Source: Roseivirga sp.
GTDB taxonomy: Bacteria; Bacteroidota; Bacteroidia; Flavobacteriales; Schleiferiaceae
DNA length: 64,000 bases
Direction of reading: 5' to 3'
Assembly (NCBI GenBank): GCA_051277025.1
Contig: JBNMPT010000001.1
Coordinates: forward strand, 32 to 64,031
Made by a program: the position numbers and the translations under genes. Below are positions 39,037 to 48,352 of the stretch, one piece after another. Numbering within the stretch: the stretch's first letter is position 1; each line of letters begins with the position of its first letter. A model generated the notes under the pieces. It saw only the letters and a program-made list of their open reading frames with translations. It was not told the origin of the DNA and ran no database searches.

Positions 39037-40524
39037 TCATGACTCACTAAAACCCAATAAACTTAAGGTCGTCTCATAGATTGGCTGTTTAAGTATTTTA
39101 GCCTTCAGCCAAGCGTAAAAACACCGATTAAAAAAATCTTCTTCTTCGCCTTTCCAGGGAATAGTAAGCTCCAGTTTTTGAACAAAATCTGGGCTAGAGA
39201 TATGCTCTGGGTTATAGAGTACCGATTTTAACAACATTAAAAAAGGCCATAGTGGATTCGATTTATCCTCTTTAAAGTGTCGAGCAAACTTTCTTTGAAA
39301 ACTTAAAATTCTCGATTCCGCCAATTGATCATTTCCTAAATCGAAATGCAAAAGAACCTCCATTGCTTTAAAGTTGAAAAGCCACTCGTTGCCCATGGTT
39401 TTTAAATACCATTGATCACTTTTATAAAAAGACCCTAGGAGCTTTTTCACCACTTTATGATTGCCTTGTTGAAAATATACCATGCTTAAGGTTAGTTCCA
39501 GTAGCGGGCGCTCTTGTTCATTTAAGGCCTCTTGTTTCAAGCGTCTTTCTAGGCTTAGTGCCGCCTCAGCGTAATTACCGGAGTAATTAAGGTTCAAAGC
39601 CAAAAGGTTTGCGTAACGAGCCTCCCAAAGGCTAAAGTGTTTATTCTGATAGCGTTGCATTTGCGCGCTCATCTGGTCTAGATAAAAGCTGCTTTTTGCT
39701 AAGTCTGTTCTTCTAAAATATATGGTACTCATTCCGTAAAGCAGCGCGATATGATAACCCAACATTTTTTCCGTGTCTTTTTCACCGCCTTGGAGCCGAA
39801 TAATATTATCCTCGAAAAACAAATCTAAACCATGATAATTTTTCGTTTGCGTCGCATAAAGGTCCGAGAGCATTGCCAGCTGATAAAGGCTCCTAAAGTT
39901 TAAAGCTAAATCGGGCTTAATCCCGTAGGTCTTCAAGCCCTCCTGATACATCGCTTTTAGCGAAGAAGGGAGTATCCCATAATTACTTGTGTTAAATTGC
40001 TTTTGCATACTCGCATAAAGAATACTGAGGCGCTCTTCGGCAAGAAACTGTGCATTATTCTGCTCCAATTTTGTAAATAAATCTTTCTGCTCTAGCTGAT
40101 CGATTTTATGAGAATGCTCGATTAAAGTATGGTAAATCTCATTGAGAAGTGCGTAGTGATTTAAGGTCAAAGCCATCTTTTCGGCACGCTTTAAAAGAGC
40201 GTAGCCTGTTTTTTCTCGTTTTGCGTTAAACAATTTTCGCGCCAGTGCAATAAGTTTTATCACTTGGTTCTCTTGCGATAGCTCCTTTGCCAATAACTGG
40301 CCTCCCGAGTATTCTATCAACTGATCTGTCAATCGCTTCTTTAAGGCATTAAAAGCATTCGAACCTATTTCGTCTAATATAGATTGCTCCTCGCCCTTTA
40401 AGAAGGCCCGAAAAAGAGTCGTGTTCCTTGTGTCTCGTCTTTTGTTTCTCGCCTCTAAGTGTGCTATAAACGCATTCACATCTGAAGGGCTCTGAATGGA
40501 AATAAGGTCCTGAATGGAAATCAT
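39037..40524 (-). CDS. Hypothetical alpha-helical/TPR-like protein, possibly a regulator
   Basis: 495-aa cytoplasmic helical ORF divergent from yiaA; N-terminal NAFNALKKRL helix; function inferred only. Confidence 0.7.
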   Translation of the reverse strand: MISIQDLISIQSPSDVNAFIAHLEARNKRRDTRNTTLFRAFLKGEEQSILDEIGSNAFNALKKRLTDQLIEYSGGQLLAKELSQENQVIKLIALARKLFNAKREKTGYALLKRAEKMALTLNHYALLNEIYHTLIEHSHKIDQLEQKDLFTKLEQNNAQFLAEERLSILYASMQKQFNTSNYGILPSSLKAMYQEGLKTYGIKPDLALNFRSLYQLAMLSDLYATQTKNYHGLDLFFEDNIIRLQGGEKDTEKMLGYHIALLYGMSTIYFRRTDLAKSSFYLDQMSAQMQRYQNKHFSLWEARYANLLALNLNYSGNYAEAALSLERRLKQEALNEQERPLLELTLSMVYFQQGNHKVVKKLLGSFYKSDQWYLKTMGNEWLFNFKAMEVLLHFDLGNDQLAESRILSFQRKFARHFKEDKSNPLWPFLMLLKSVLYNPEHISSPDFVQKLELTIPWKGEEEDFFNRCFYAWLKAKILKQPIYETTLSLLGFSES

Positions 40525-40674
40525 ATATCGTAATATCTCACAGCAATAATACCACTATCTAGCTAAGTATCCTGAAAATTGTGTCGTTTATATCGTAATA
40601 TTTCAGAACATTTTTGTTTTGTATCACGCGGATACTACTACATATTTGCCCCATCAATAACTAACAAAATTGTC

Positions 40675-41145
40675 ATGGTAGAAAACGAATCAACAGTAGA
40701 ACACACAAAACAAAGCAAGAATGAATTTCACGGCCTAAGACCCAGCTCGGCATTTATCGGAGCCTCTTGGTTTGCGCTCGGAGTCGGCTTAGTTTCTTAT
40801 TGTATTGGCTTATGGAATTCGGATATGATGCTAAATGAACAAGGCTATTACTTTGCGGTAATCCTTTTTGGCTTATTCTCTGTTATTTCCGTCCAAAAAA
40901 GCGTGCGTGATCGTGCGGAAGGCATTGAGGTAACAGACCTTTACTATGGTATTAGCTGGTTCACTACTATTACTGCAATCGCCCTTCTTATTATTGGTCT
41001 ATGGAATGCCGATCTGCTTTTAAGTGAAAAGGGCTTTTACGGTATGTCCTTCAGTCTTGCCTTATTCTCAGCTATAGCGGTTCAAAAAAACACGCGAGAT
41101 GTAAAATTAATCGACCGTATGTCTGGCACTGTTGATTCTTTCTAA
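40675..41145 (+). CDS. yiaA: Inner membrane protein YiaA (start probably ATG 40675)
   Basis: PSSAFIGASW, IGLWNS.M.LNEQGYY, SVQKSVRD, GLWNA.LLLSEKGFY, AVQKNTRD: two YiaAB repeats. Confidence 0.92.
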   Translation: MVENESTVEHTKQSKNEFHGLRPSSAFIGASWFALGVGLVSYCIGLWNSDMMLNEQGYYFAVILFGLFSVISVQKSVRDRAEGIEVTDLYYGISWFTTITAIALLIIGLWNADLLLSEKGFYGMSFSLALFSAIAVQKNTRDVKLIDRMSGTVDSF

Positions 41146-41157
41146 ATGAAAGATGAT

Positions 41158-41199
41158 GAATGTTCGCTTTTTAAGCGAAAGTTTTTAAAGCGAACATTC
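41158..41199 (+). terminator. Hairpin after yiaA
   Basis: GAATGTTCGCTTT ... AAAGCGAACATTC, 13-bp perfect stem. Confidence 0.65.
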
Positions 41200-41242
41200 T
41201 ATTTTTTAGCTTGCAAAGTCTCTTGACGAAAACAGCTTTCTT

Positions 41243-42796
41243 ATGAAAATTTCAACTTCCCCAAGCCTTCGGTTTATTTCCTCTGCCCTCCTTATAGTGA
41301 GCTTAATTGCATGTAGCGAACAAACCGATTTAATAGCTGATCAAGACACGGATTTCTGTGCCGATCTTCAGCGAGACGATTCGATTTTCCTTTCAAAGGA
41401 AATGGCGCCATTTGCCAATTTAATGGAGACGAAAACCGGCATTCTCGTTTTAGAAGACGGCGCTGGCTCTATGGTTACTCGGGCCTGGTTTAGCGAGTAT
41501 GCTGAGGAAACTATCAATATTCAATATTTTATTTTTTCCACTGACAATGTGGGGCTTATCGCTTGTGACTATTTGGTACGTGCAGCGGATAGAGGTGTAA
41601 AGGTGAATATTTTAGTGGATGACATTATGGTTAATACGGGTATTCAGGATGTTTTAACCTTGGACTCTCATGAAAACATCCATGTTAAAATCTATAACCC
41701 AGGGGTAAACCTTGGGAAAAACCTTTTTAGTACGATTAAAAAAATTTCCACAGATTTTAGATCTGCCAATCAAAGAATGCATAACAAAACCTTTATAGTT
41801 GATAATAAAGTGGCTATTACTGGCGGACGCAATATTGCCGATGAGTATTTTGACTACGACCATGAATACAACTTTAGAGACCGCGATGTATTACTGATGG
41901 GCAAGACAACAAAAGAAGTAAGCAAGTCCTTTTACGACTTTTGGAATGACTCTCTTAGTGTGCCAGTTGCCGACCTAAATACCGGAGAAGCTCTAAATGT
42001 TAGTGATCCTAACCGTTTCGAACGCTTGCACGAGTATGCTTGTAATCCCAAAAACTTTTGGCCACAAGTACGAACACGTATTAAAAACTTTCCTCGTAAA
42101 TTTAAAGAATTGCACGAAACGGGACAACTAGTTTGGCTAGATAGCGTGGTGTTCATCTCGGATATCCCCGGTAAAAATGATGGCAGCCAAGGCTTAGGTG
42201 GCGGTGGAAATACCACTACTGCCCTTATTGAGTTAGTTGAAAAAGCCGATTCCGCCATTGACATTCAATCGCCCTACTTAATTACCACCCAAGAAAGTAG
42301 ACAGCTTTTTAAAAATGCCGTAGACCGTGGAGTGAAAATCAGAATTTTGACCAACAGCCTCTTATCCACAGACAATTTAGAAGCTTTTAGCAGTTATCAA
42401 AGTGACCGCGAAGAGCTTTTAGCAACAGGTGTTGAAATCTATGAGTTTCGCCCAGATGCCGCAATACGAACGGAAATTATGACGGGAGAACTACAGGCCA
42501 CTTTAGAGCATAAGCCCATTTTCGGCCTGCATGCAAAATCAATGGTTATTGATGGTGAAATAGCGGTTATTGGCACCTTTAACTTAGACCCCAGGAGTGC
42601 CAATTTAAATACTGAATGCCTAGCTATTATTCCTTCTCGAGATGTTGCCCAATCTGTTTCTCGAGGAATGGAAATAGAGTTTCAGCCCGAAAACTCTTGG
42701 CAAACGACAAAGAGCTTCAATCCAGATTCTCGCGTTAGCAGCGGAAAACGCTTTAAAACTTGGACGCGAAAACTGCTACCCAAGGATATTCTGTAA
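41243..42796 (+). CDS. Phospholipase D family lipoprotein (ClsC/YmdC-like)
   Basis: Lipobox SLIAC; two HKD motifs RMHNKTFIVD and LHAKSMVID; GTFNLDPRS. Confidence 0.92.
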   Translation: MKISTSPSLRFISSALLIVSLIACSEQTDLIADQDTDFCADLQRDDSIFLSKEMAPFANLMETKTGILVLEDGAGSMVTRAWFSEYAEETINIQYFIFSTDNVGLIACDYLVRAADRGVKVNILVDDIMVNTGIQDVLTLDSHENIHVKIYNPGVNLGKNLFSTIKKISTDFRSANQRMHNKTFIVDNKVAITGGRNIADEYFDYDHEYNFRDRDVLLMGKTTKEVSKSFYDFWNDSLSVPVADLNTGEALNVSDPNRFERLHEYACNPKNFWPQVRTRIKNFPRKFKELHETGQLVWLDSVVFISDIPGKNDGSQGLGGGGNTTTALIELVEKADSAIDIQSPYLITTQESRQLFKNAVDRGVKIRILTNSLLSTDNLEAFSSYQSDREELLATGVEIYEFRPDAAIRTEIMTGELQATLEHKPIFGLHAKSMVIDGEIAVIGTFNLDPRSANLNTECLAIIPSRDVAQSVSRGMEIEFQPENSWQTTKSFNPDSRVSSGKRFKTWTRKLLPKDIL

Positions 42797-42856
42797 AACA
42801 CGACACTTTATCTAATTTTATTTAGAAAAAAATGGGGTTCATCGCTAATCCCTTTT

Positions 42857-43031
42857 AACCTGAGTTCGATGTAAAATTAGGCCTCAGACCTCTTATAAAA
42901 AGCGTTTTTTTAATAACGATCAAAATCCTGCATCTAGTTCATTTGCTGTAGCCCGTTGCAGCGGTACGATCTAGATTGGTCTTTTCCTTTTCTTGAAAAT
43001 CTGAGACTATAATTGACGCCCAACACAGGTT
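42857..43031 (+). mobile_element. IS982-type MITE (175 bp)
   Basis: AACCTGAGTTCGATGTAAAATTAGGCCTCAG ... GCCCAACACAGGTT; 5-bp flanks TTTTA/TATTA. Confidence 0.85.
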
Positions 43032-43272
43032 ATTACATTACTCATGCCTCTTTAAAAATTAACACGGCGAGGCTTGGAAGGGCTACCCTTTAAAACTCTG
43101 CTTTCGAACTTTGCCCTCCCCACTGCGGTATTGTAAAACACCACGCTAGAATTCCACCCAGACATACGAGTGGGTTCCTGATTAAAATTAGGTAAAGTTT
43201 GATAGTAGCATAGTCACTAATTCGACCTTTAGCGGCATTTAATAAAGAAGCTAGTTGTAATTATTAGGGATT

Positions 43273-43289
43273 TCGGCAAACTAATTGCT
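43273..43289 (+). promoter_or_regulatory. Sigma-54 (-24/-12) type motif upstream of rpoN
   Basis: TCGGCAAACTAATTGCT: GG (43275-6), N10, GC (43287-8), 45 nt before the rpoN ATG. Confidence 0.55.
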
Positions 43290-43333
43290 AAGAGCCACAT
43301 TCTTTAGTAATTTCACACCATCAATTAAGGGCT

Positions 43334-44794
43334 ATGTTAAAGCAGCAACTGCAGCAAAAACTTCTTCAAAAACTCTCGCCTCAGCAAATCCAGCTGATGA
43401 AGCTGATTCAGTTGCCTACCCTTGCCTTGGAACAAAAGATTAAAGAAGAGATAGAAAGTAACCCCGCTTTAGACGAAGGCAATGAGAGTGAAGTTAATGA
43501 AGAGGACGAATTTGACTACGACCAAGACCTCAAAGACAATAACGAGGAAACCAACGAAGCAGAGGATATAAATGTTGATGAATACCTCAGCGACGATGAG
43601 GTTCCCGAATACCGTCTGCAGGCAAATAACTACTCTAAAGACGACGATGACAGCAAAGTGCCTATTACAGGCGGCATTAGTTTTCACGAGTATTTAATTG
43701 GCCAGTTGGCTACCTTCAGTTTTAAGGAAGAGGAACGATTGGTTGCAGAGTATCTAGTCGGCAATATTGACGACGATGGCTATATCCGCCGCGAACTGCG
43801 TGCTATCGTGGATGATTTGGCCTTTACCCAAAATATATATATTGAAGAACAGGCCCTAGAGCAGGTACTTGCCAAGGTTCAGGAAATGGACCCTTCCGGA
43901 GTGGGTGCCCGCAATTTGCGTGAGTGTTTATCCTTGCAGTTAGAGCGATCTAAACAAAGTTACCACGTGCGCTTGGCAACAGAAATCGTTAATGACCACT
44001 TTGGTGAGTTTACCAAAAAACACTACGAAAAGCTTATTGTCCGCTTAGATATCGGTGAGGAAGATTTAAAACTCGCCATTGATGAAATTACTCGCCTGAA
44101 CCCTAAACCTGGCAATAGTTCTAGCAACTCTAGTGGCAGCTTACAGGTAATAATTCCCGACTATACTATAACCATAAACGATGGTGAACTAGAGTTAGGA
44201 CTGAATGCCAGAAATGCCCCCGAACTAAATGTTAGCCGGGAGTATAAAGATATGCTGGAAACCTACAAAAGCACCAACAAGAAGAATAAAGCCCAAAAAG
44301 ATGCGGCCCTATTTGTAAAGCAAAAACTAGACAGTGCAAAATGGTTTATTGAGGCCATTCGTCAACGTCAGCAAACGCTAATGATTACCATGAGCTCTAT
44401 TATGGATCATCAAAAGGAATATTTCCTTACGGGAGATGAGCGTAAATTACGCCCCATGATCCTTAAGGATATTGCCGATGAGATTGGCATGGATATCTCC
44501 ACTGTCTCCAGAGTAGCCAGCAAGAAATACGTGTCTACTCCTTATGGTACTTTTTTAATTAAGCAGTTTTTTAGTGAAAGCATGAAGAACGAGGCCGGTG
44601 AAGACGTTAGCACCCGCGAGATAAAAAAGATTTTAGAAGACTCCTTAGCAGAAGAGGACAAACACAAGCCTTTAACCGACGATAAGCTGGCCGCGCTTCT
44701 TAAAGAAAAAGGTTACCCTATTGCGCGCAGAACGGTAGCAAAATATAGAGAGCAGCTGGATATCCCTGTAGCGCGTCTTCGCAAAGAACTTTAA
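43334..44794 (+). CDS. rpoN: RNA polymerase sigma-54 factor
   Basis: Q/L-rich region I, DISTVSR HTH, RpoN box ARRTVAKYRE. Confidence 0.98.
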   Translation: MLKQQLQQKLLQKLSPQQIQLMKLIQLPTLALEQKIKEEIESNPALDEGNESEVNEEDEFDYDQDLKDNNEETNEAEDINVDEYLSDDEVPEYRLQANNYSKDDDDSKVPITGGISFHEYLIGQLATFSFKEEERLVAEYLVGNIDDDGYIRRELRAIVDDLAFTQNIYIEEQALEQVLAKVQEMDPSGVGARNLRECLSLQLERSKQSYHVRLATEIVNDHFGEFTKKHYEKLIVRLDIGEEDLKLAIDEITRLNPKPGNSSSNSSGSLQVIIPDYTITINDGELELGLNARNAPELNVSREYKDMLETYKSTNKKNKAQKDAALFVKQKLDSAKWFIEAIRQRQQTLMITMSSIMDHQKEYFLTGDERKLRPMILKDIADEIGMDISTVSRVASKKYVSTPYGTFLIKQFFSESMKNEAGEDVSTREIKKILEDSLAEEDKHKPLTDDKLAALLKEKGYPIARRTVAKYREQLDIPVARLRKEL

Positions 44795-44795
44795 T

Positions 44796-45398
44796 ATGAA
44801 TAAAAGCTTGGCAAAAGCCATTTCGATACTCTTTCACCCTGCCATTTATCCCATTATTGGCATTTTCTTAATCTTGCGCCACTTGCCCTATCACTATTCG
44901 CGTCAAATAGTAGTTTTAAGCATTGCGATGGTATTCATTGGCACCTATTTAATTCCCGTGCTGGTCAGCTTACTACTCTTTCGTTTGCGGCTAATTAATA
45001 GCCTGATGATGACTGATGCTAAGGATAGGAAATGGCCTTATGCCTTTGGTGCCCTAAGTTTTCTTTTTACCGCTCACTTTATCTATCGAGCCGAACTAGC
45101 CAGTGAAGCTTATCTCTTTCTACTAGGCTCGGCCGCAGTTATTCTTTTTCACCTCAGCCTTTTAAACTTTTTTAAGCCCAGTGCACATATGGCTGGTATT
45201 GGGGGGTTTTTGGCCCTCCTTATGGCCGTATCCGCTAAATACTCCCTCAATGTACTTCCTTTTATTGTCCTATTGTTTTTACTCGCAGGACTGATCGCTA
45301 GTGCACGCTTATCGCTGGAAGCGCATAGCCCTCGTGAACTTTGGATTGGTTTTATTAGCGGATTGGTGATTGTGTTTAGTATGATCTATTTCTTTTAA
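44796..45398 (+). CDS. PAP2-like membrane protein
   Basis: Hydrophobic; KPSAHMAG and SARLSLEAH motifs. Confidence 0.7.
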   Translation: MNKSLAKAISILFHPAIYPIIGIFLILRHLPYHYSRQIVVLSIAMVFIGTYLIPVLVSLLLFRLRLINSLMMTDAKDRKWPYAFGALSFLFTAHFIYRAELASEAYLFLLGSAAVILFHLSLLNFFKPSAHMAGIGGFLALLMAVSAKYSLNVLPFIVLLFLLAGLIASARLSLEAHSPRELWIGFISGLVIVFSMIYFF

Positions 45399-45625
45399 AA
45401 CTTAGCGGCGGCCTTCACTTCAGTCACACACTCCCCAATCCATTCTCTTCTCTCTTTTAAAGATAGTAGAACGCTGCGCTTCTAGATAGGAGATTTTAGA
45501 TTAGTTTTCTATTCCAAATTATTGTTATCCAAGGTTTTAACGTCCCTGTTAACCCTCTTGTTTCTTATTTCATCACATCTCGTTTCTCATACCTTGCCTC
45601 TCACAGCGCCGCGATCTCAAATCTT

Positions 45626-46312
45626 TTAAAACATAAAGCTCAGCCCTATTCCCATCGGTCTGATGTTTTGTAATGAGCTTGAACGGCTGCCATCTTCCGA
45701 AAGAATATCTCCTTTATCATAAAGTGGAGTAAGTGCATAAAAAGCATATAAACTGGTGTTTCCGTAACCAATCTTTAAATACGCATCTGCGCGAAAGCGG
45801 CTTACATCGTCTAATTTATAAAACCGTACCTGCGAGTTAACTCTACTAATAGACGAACTACCCGTGGTACGAACACCGCCTCGAGCGCCTAAGTAAAAGC
45901 GATAAAACCGTCCCTTCTCATTCTTCTTAGAGCGAAAACGCAGCTCCAGCGGAAGGTACAAGTACTGGTAACTTTGCCGAGAGACCTCAAAACTAGTGTC
46001 GGAGGCTAATTGATAAAGCCCAGCGCCGGTATTTAAATTGGTACTTACTAGGTGGTTATTCCTGAAATTTTGAAAGGAATACGATAAACCGTAGGCAAGA
46101 CCTCCTTTCTCACTCCAACTCGATTCGAACATTACGCCAAAATCGTTGCTTACGCTCCACCAGCCCTGTTCCGTTCCTGAGGGCGCATCTGCGAAAGCGA
46201 TATAAGCAACATTATAAAAAATAAAACTCTCATGCTCGGGTAGAAATTTCTTCTGTGCGTAAATACTCAAACTACAGAAAAAGACGAGAAATAAAGTCGT
46301 TGTAATTTTCAT
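45626..46312 (-). CDS. Outer membrane beta-barrel (porin family) protein
   Basis: Signal peptide, YLYLPLELRF, alternating beta strands, C-terminal Phe. Confidence 0.8.
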   Translation of the reverse strand: MKITTTLFLVFFCSLSIYAQKKFLPEHESFIFYNVAYIAFADAPSGTEQGWWSVSNDFGVMFESSWSEKGGLAYGLSYSFQNFRNNHLVSTNLNTGAGLYQLASDTSFEVSRQSYQYLYLPLELRFRSKKNEKGRFYRFYLGARGGVRTTGSSSISRVNSQVRFYKLDDVSRFRADAYLKIGYGNTSLYAFYALTPLYDKGDILSEDGSRSSSLQNIRPMGIGLSFMF

Positions 46313-46437
46313 GATGCTTTTTATAAGATTAGCAATATAAAAAATCGCAATCTATCTATCTGCCTATCGCTGTTCACAATAGAAATAAAGTGGTGAATCT
46401 TTATTTTACTTTACTTTTACGCGAAATTTCCTACGCC

Positions 46438-48171
46438 ATGAGTCAGCATTTATCCGAACAAGAATTACAAAGAAGAGAGGCTCTAAAGAGCTTACGCGCG
46501 ATGGGTATTGAGCCCTATCCAGCAGCGGAGTATAAGGCCAGCCATTTTTCTAAAGACATCCGCGCTTCCTATGAAAATAGCCCAGAAGCGAAAGAGTGGG
46601 AAGAGGTTAGCATAAGCGGTAGAATGATGACCCAACGCATAAATGGGAAGGCTTCTTTTGCCGATCTTATGGACAGCCACGGTCGCGTGCAGGTTTACTT
46701 TAACCGCGATATTTTATGCCCTGGCGAAGACAAAGAACTCTACAATACGGTATTTAAGCGTTTATTAGATATCGGCGACTTTATTGGCATAACTGGACGG
46801 GTATTTATAACCGGAATGGGGGAGATTACCGTGGAAGCCCACCGTCTTACTTTACTAAGTAAGTCGCTACGCCCGCTGCCAATTGTTAAAAAGGACAAGG
46901 AAGGAAACATTTACGATGCCTTTAGTAACCCTGAGCAGCGCTATCGTATGCGCTATGTAGATTTAGTGGTGAACGAAAAGGTTAAGAATACCTTTATCAC
47001 GCGCACGCGCATTATGAATGCGATGCGTGAGTTTTTTAATCGCAAAGATTATTTGGAGGTAGAAACGCCCATTTTACAGCCAATTCCAGGTGGAGCGGCG
47101 GCACGTCCATTTATTACGCATCACAATGCTTTGGATATTCCCTTGTATTTGCGGGTTGCCAATGAACTTTACCTAAAACGCCTTATTGTAGGGGGCTTCG
47201 AAGGCGTTTATGAGTTTTCCAAAGACTTTAGAAATGAAGGTATGGACCGCACTCATAATCCTGAGTTTACAGTAATGGAAATTTACGTAGCCTACAAGGA
47301 TTACTTCTGGATGATGAACTTCACCGAAGAAATGTTAGAGCACGTAGTAACGACCGTAAACAAAGGCTCTACCGAGGTTATGCTGGGTGAAAAAACCCTA
47401 AACTTTAAGGCTCCTTTTGCCCGTGTGACCATGGTAGATGCGATTATAAAATACACCGGTTACGATATCACCGGTATGGATGAAGCAGCCCTGCACGACG
47501 TTTGTAAAGCCTTGCATATTGAAACCAATGATAGCATGGGTAAAGGCAAGTTAATCGATGAGATTTTCGGTGAAAAGTGCGAGGGTAATTATATCCAACC
47601 AACTTTTATTATTGATTACCCGATTGAAATGTCTCCACTGTGCAAAAAGCACCGCGATAACCCTGACTTCACCGAGCGTTTTGAATTAATGATTAACGGT
47701 AAGGAAGTCGCTAATGCCTATACCGAGCTAAATGATCCTATTGATCAGCGTGAGCGCTTCGAAGAGCAACTTAGCCTCTCTGCAAAAGGCGACGATGAAG
47801 CGATGTTTATCGACCAAGATTTCTTACGTGCGCTGGAGTTTGGTATGCCTCCCACTTCCGGCATGGGAATTGGCATCGATCGCCTCACCATGATGCTGAC
47901 CAATAATACCAGTATTCAAGAAGTACTCTTCTTCCCACAAATGAAGCCCGAGAATAAAGAGCAGAAAAAAGTGCTGGAACTTAATGACGGTGAAAAAGCC
48001 ATTTTCAAAATCCTAAAAGAGGAAAATCGCTTAGCGCTAGATGATTTAAAAACTCGCGCTGGTCTTTCCAATAAAGCTTGGGACAAAAGCATTAAAGGTC
48101 TAGCCAAGATGGGCTTGACTAAAGTGAGCAAAACGGAGGAAGGACTTTTCGTTGAATTAACCGAAGACTAA
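46438..48171 (+). CDS. lysS: Lysine--tRNA ligase (class II) with C-terminal extension (start probably ATG 46438)
   Basis: YLEVETP, GGAAARPF, FRNEGMDRTHNPEF, GMPPTSGMGIGIDRL. Confidence 0.97.
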   Translation: MSQHLSEQELQRREALKSLRAMGIEPYPAAEYKASHFSKDIRASYENSPEAKEWEEVSISGRMMTQRINGKASFADLMDSHGRVQVYFNRDILCPGEDKELYNTVFKRLLDIGDFIGITGRVFITGMGEITVEAHRLTLLSKSLRPLPIVKKDKEGNIYDAFSNPEQRYRMRYVDLVVNEKVKNTFITRTRIMNAMREFFNRKDYLEVETPILQPIPGGAAARPFITHHNALDIPLYLRVANELYLKRLIVGGFEGVYEFSKDFRNEGMDRTHNPEFTVMEIYVAYKDYFWMMNFTEEMLEHVVTTVNKGSTEVMLGEKTLNFKAPFARVTMVDAIIKYTGYDITGMDEAALHDVCKALHIETNDSMGKGKLIDEIFGEKCEGNYIQPTFIIDYPIEMSPLCKKHRDNPDFTERFELMINGKEVANAYTELNDPIDQRERFEEQLSLSAKGDDEAMFIDQDFLRALEFGMPPTSGMGIGIDRLTMMLTNNTSIQEVLFFPQMKPENKEQKKVLELNDGEKAIFKILKEENRLALDDLKTRAGLSNKAWDKSIKGLAKMGLTKVSKTEEGLFVELTED

Positions 48172-48295
48172 AAGACGGAATTACCGGTTAACGAGTTTTC
48201 AGGCACTTTAACGAAAAAAAAAGGCTTTCTAATCTGCCCAAGCATTTGCCTGATAAATTAAGTTTTCTTGCAAATTGAAAATTATTTCCATGTAA

Positions 48296-48319
48296 AAGGG
48301 CCGCTAATAATGCGGCCCT
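48296..48319. terminator. Hairpin between convergent lysS and the T9SS gene
   Basis: AGGGCCGC-TAATAAT-GCGGCCCT. Confidence 0.7.
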
Positions 48320-48352
48320 CTTCTATTCAATTAATTCGTAATGTATTAATAG

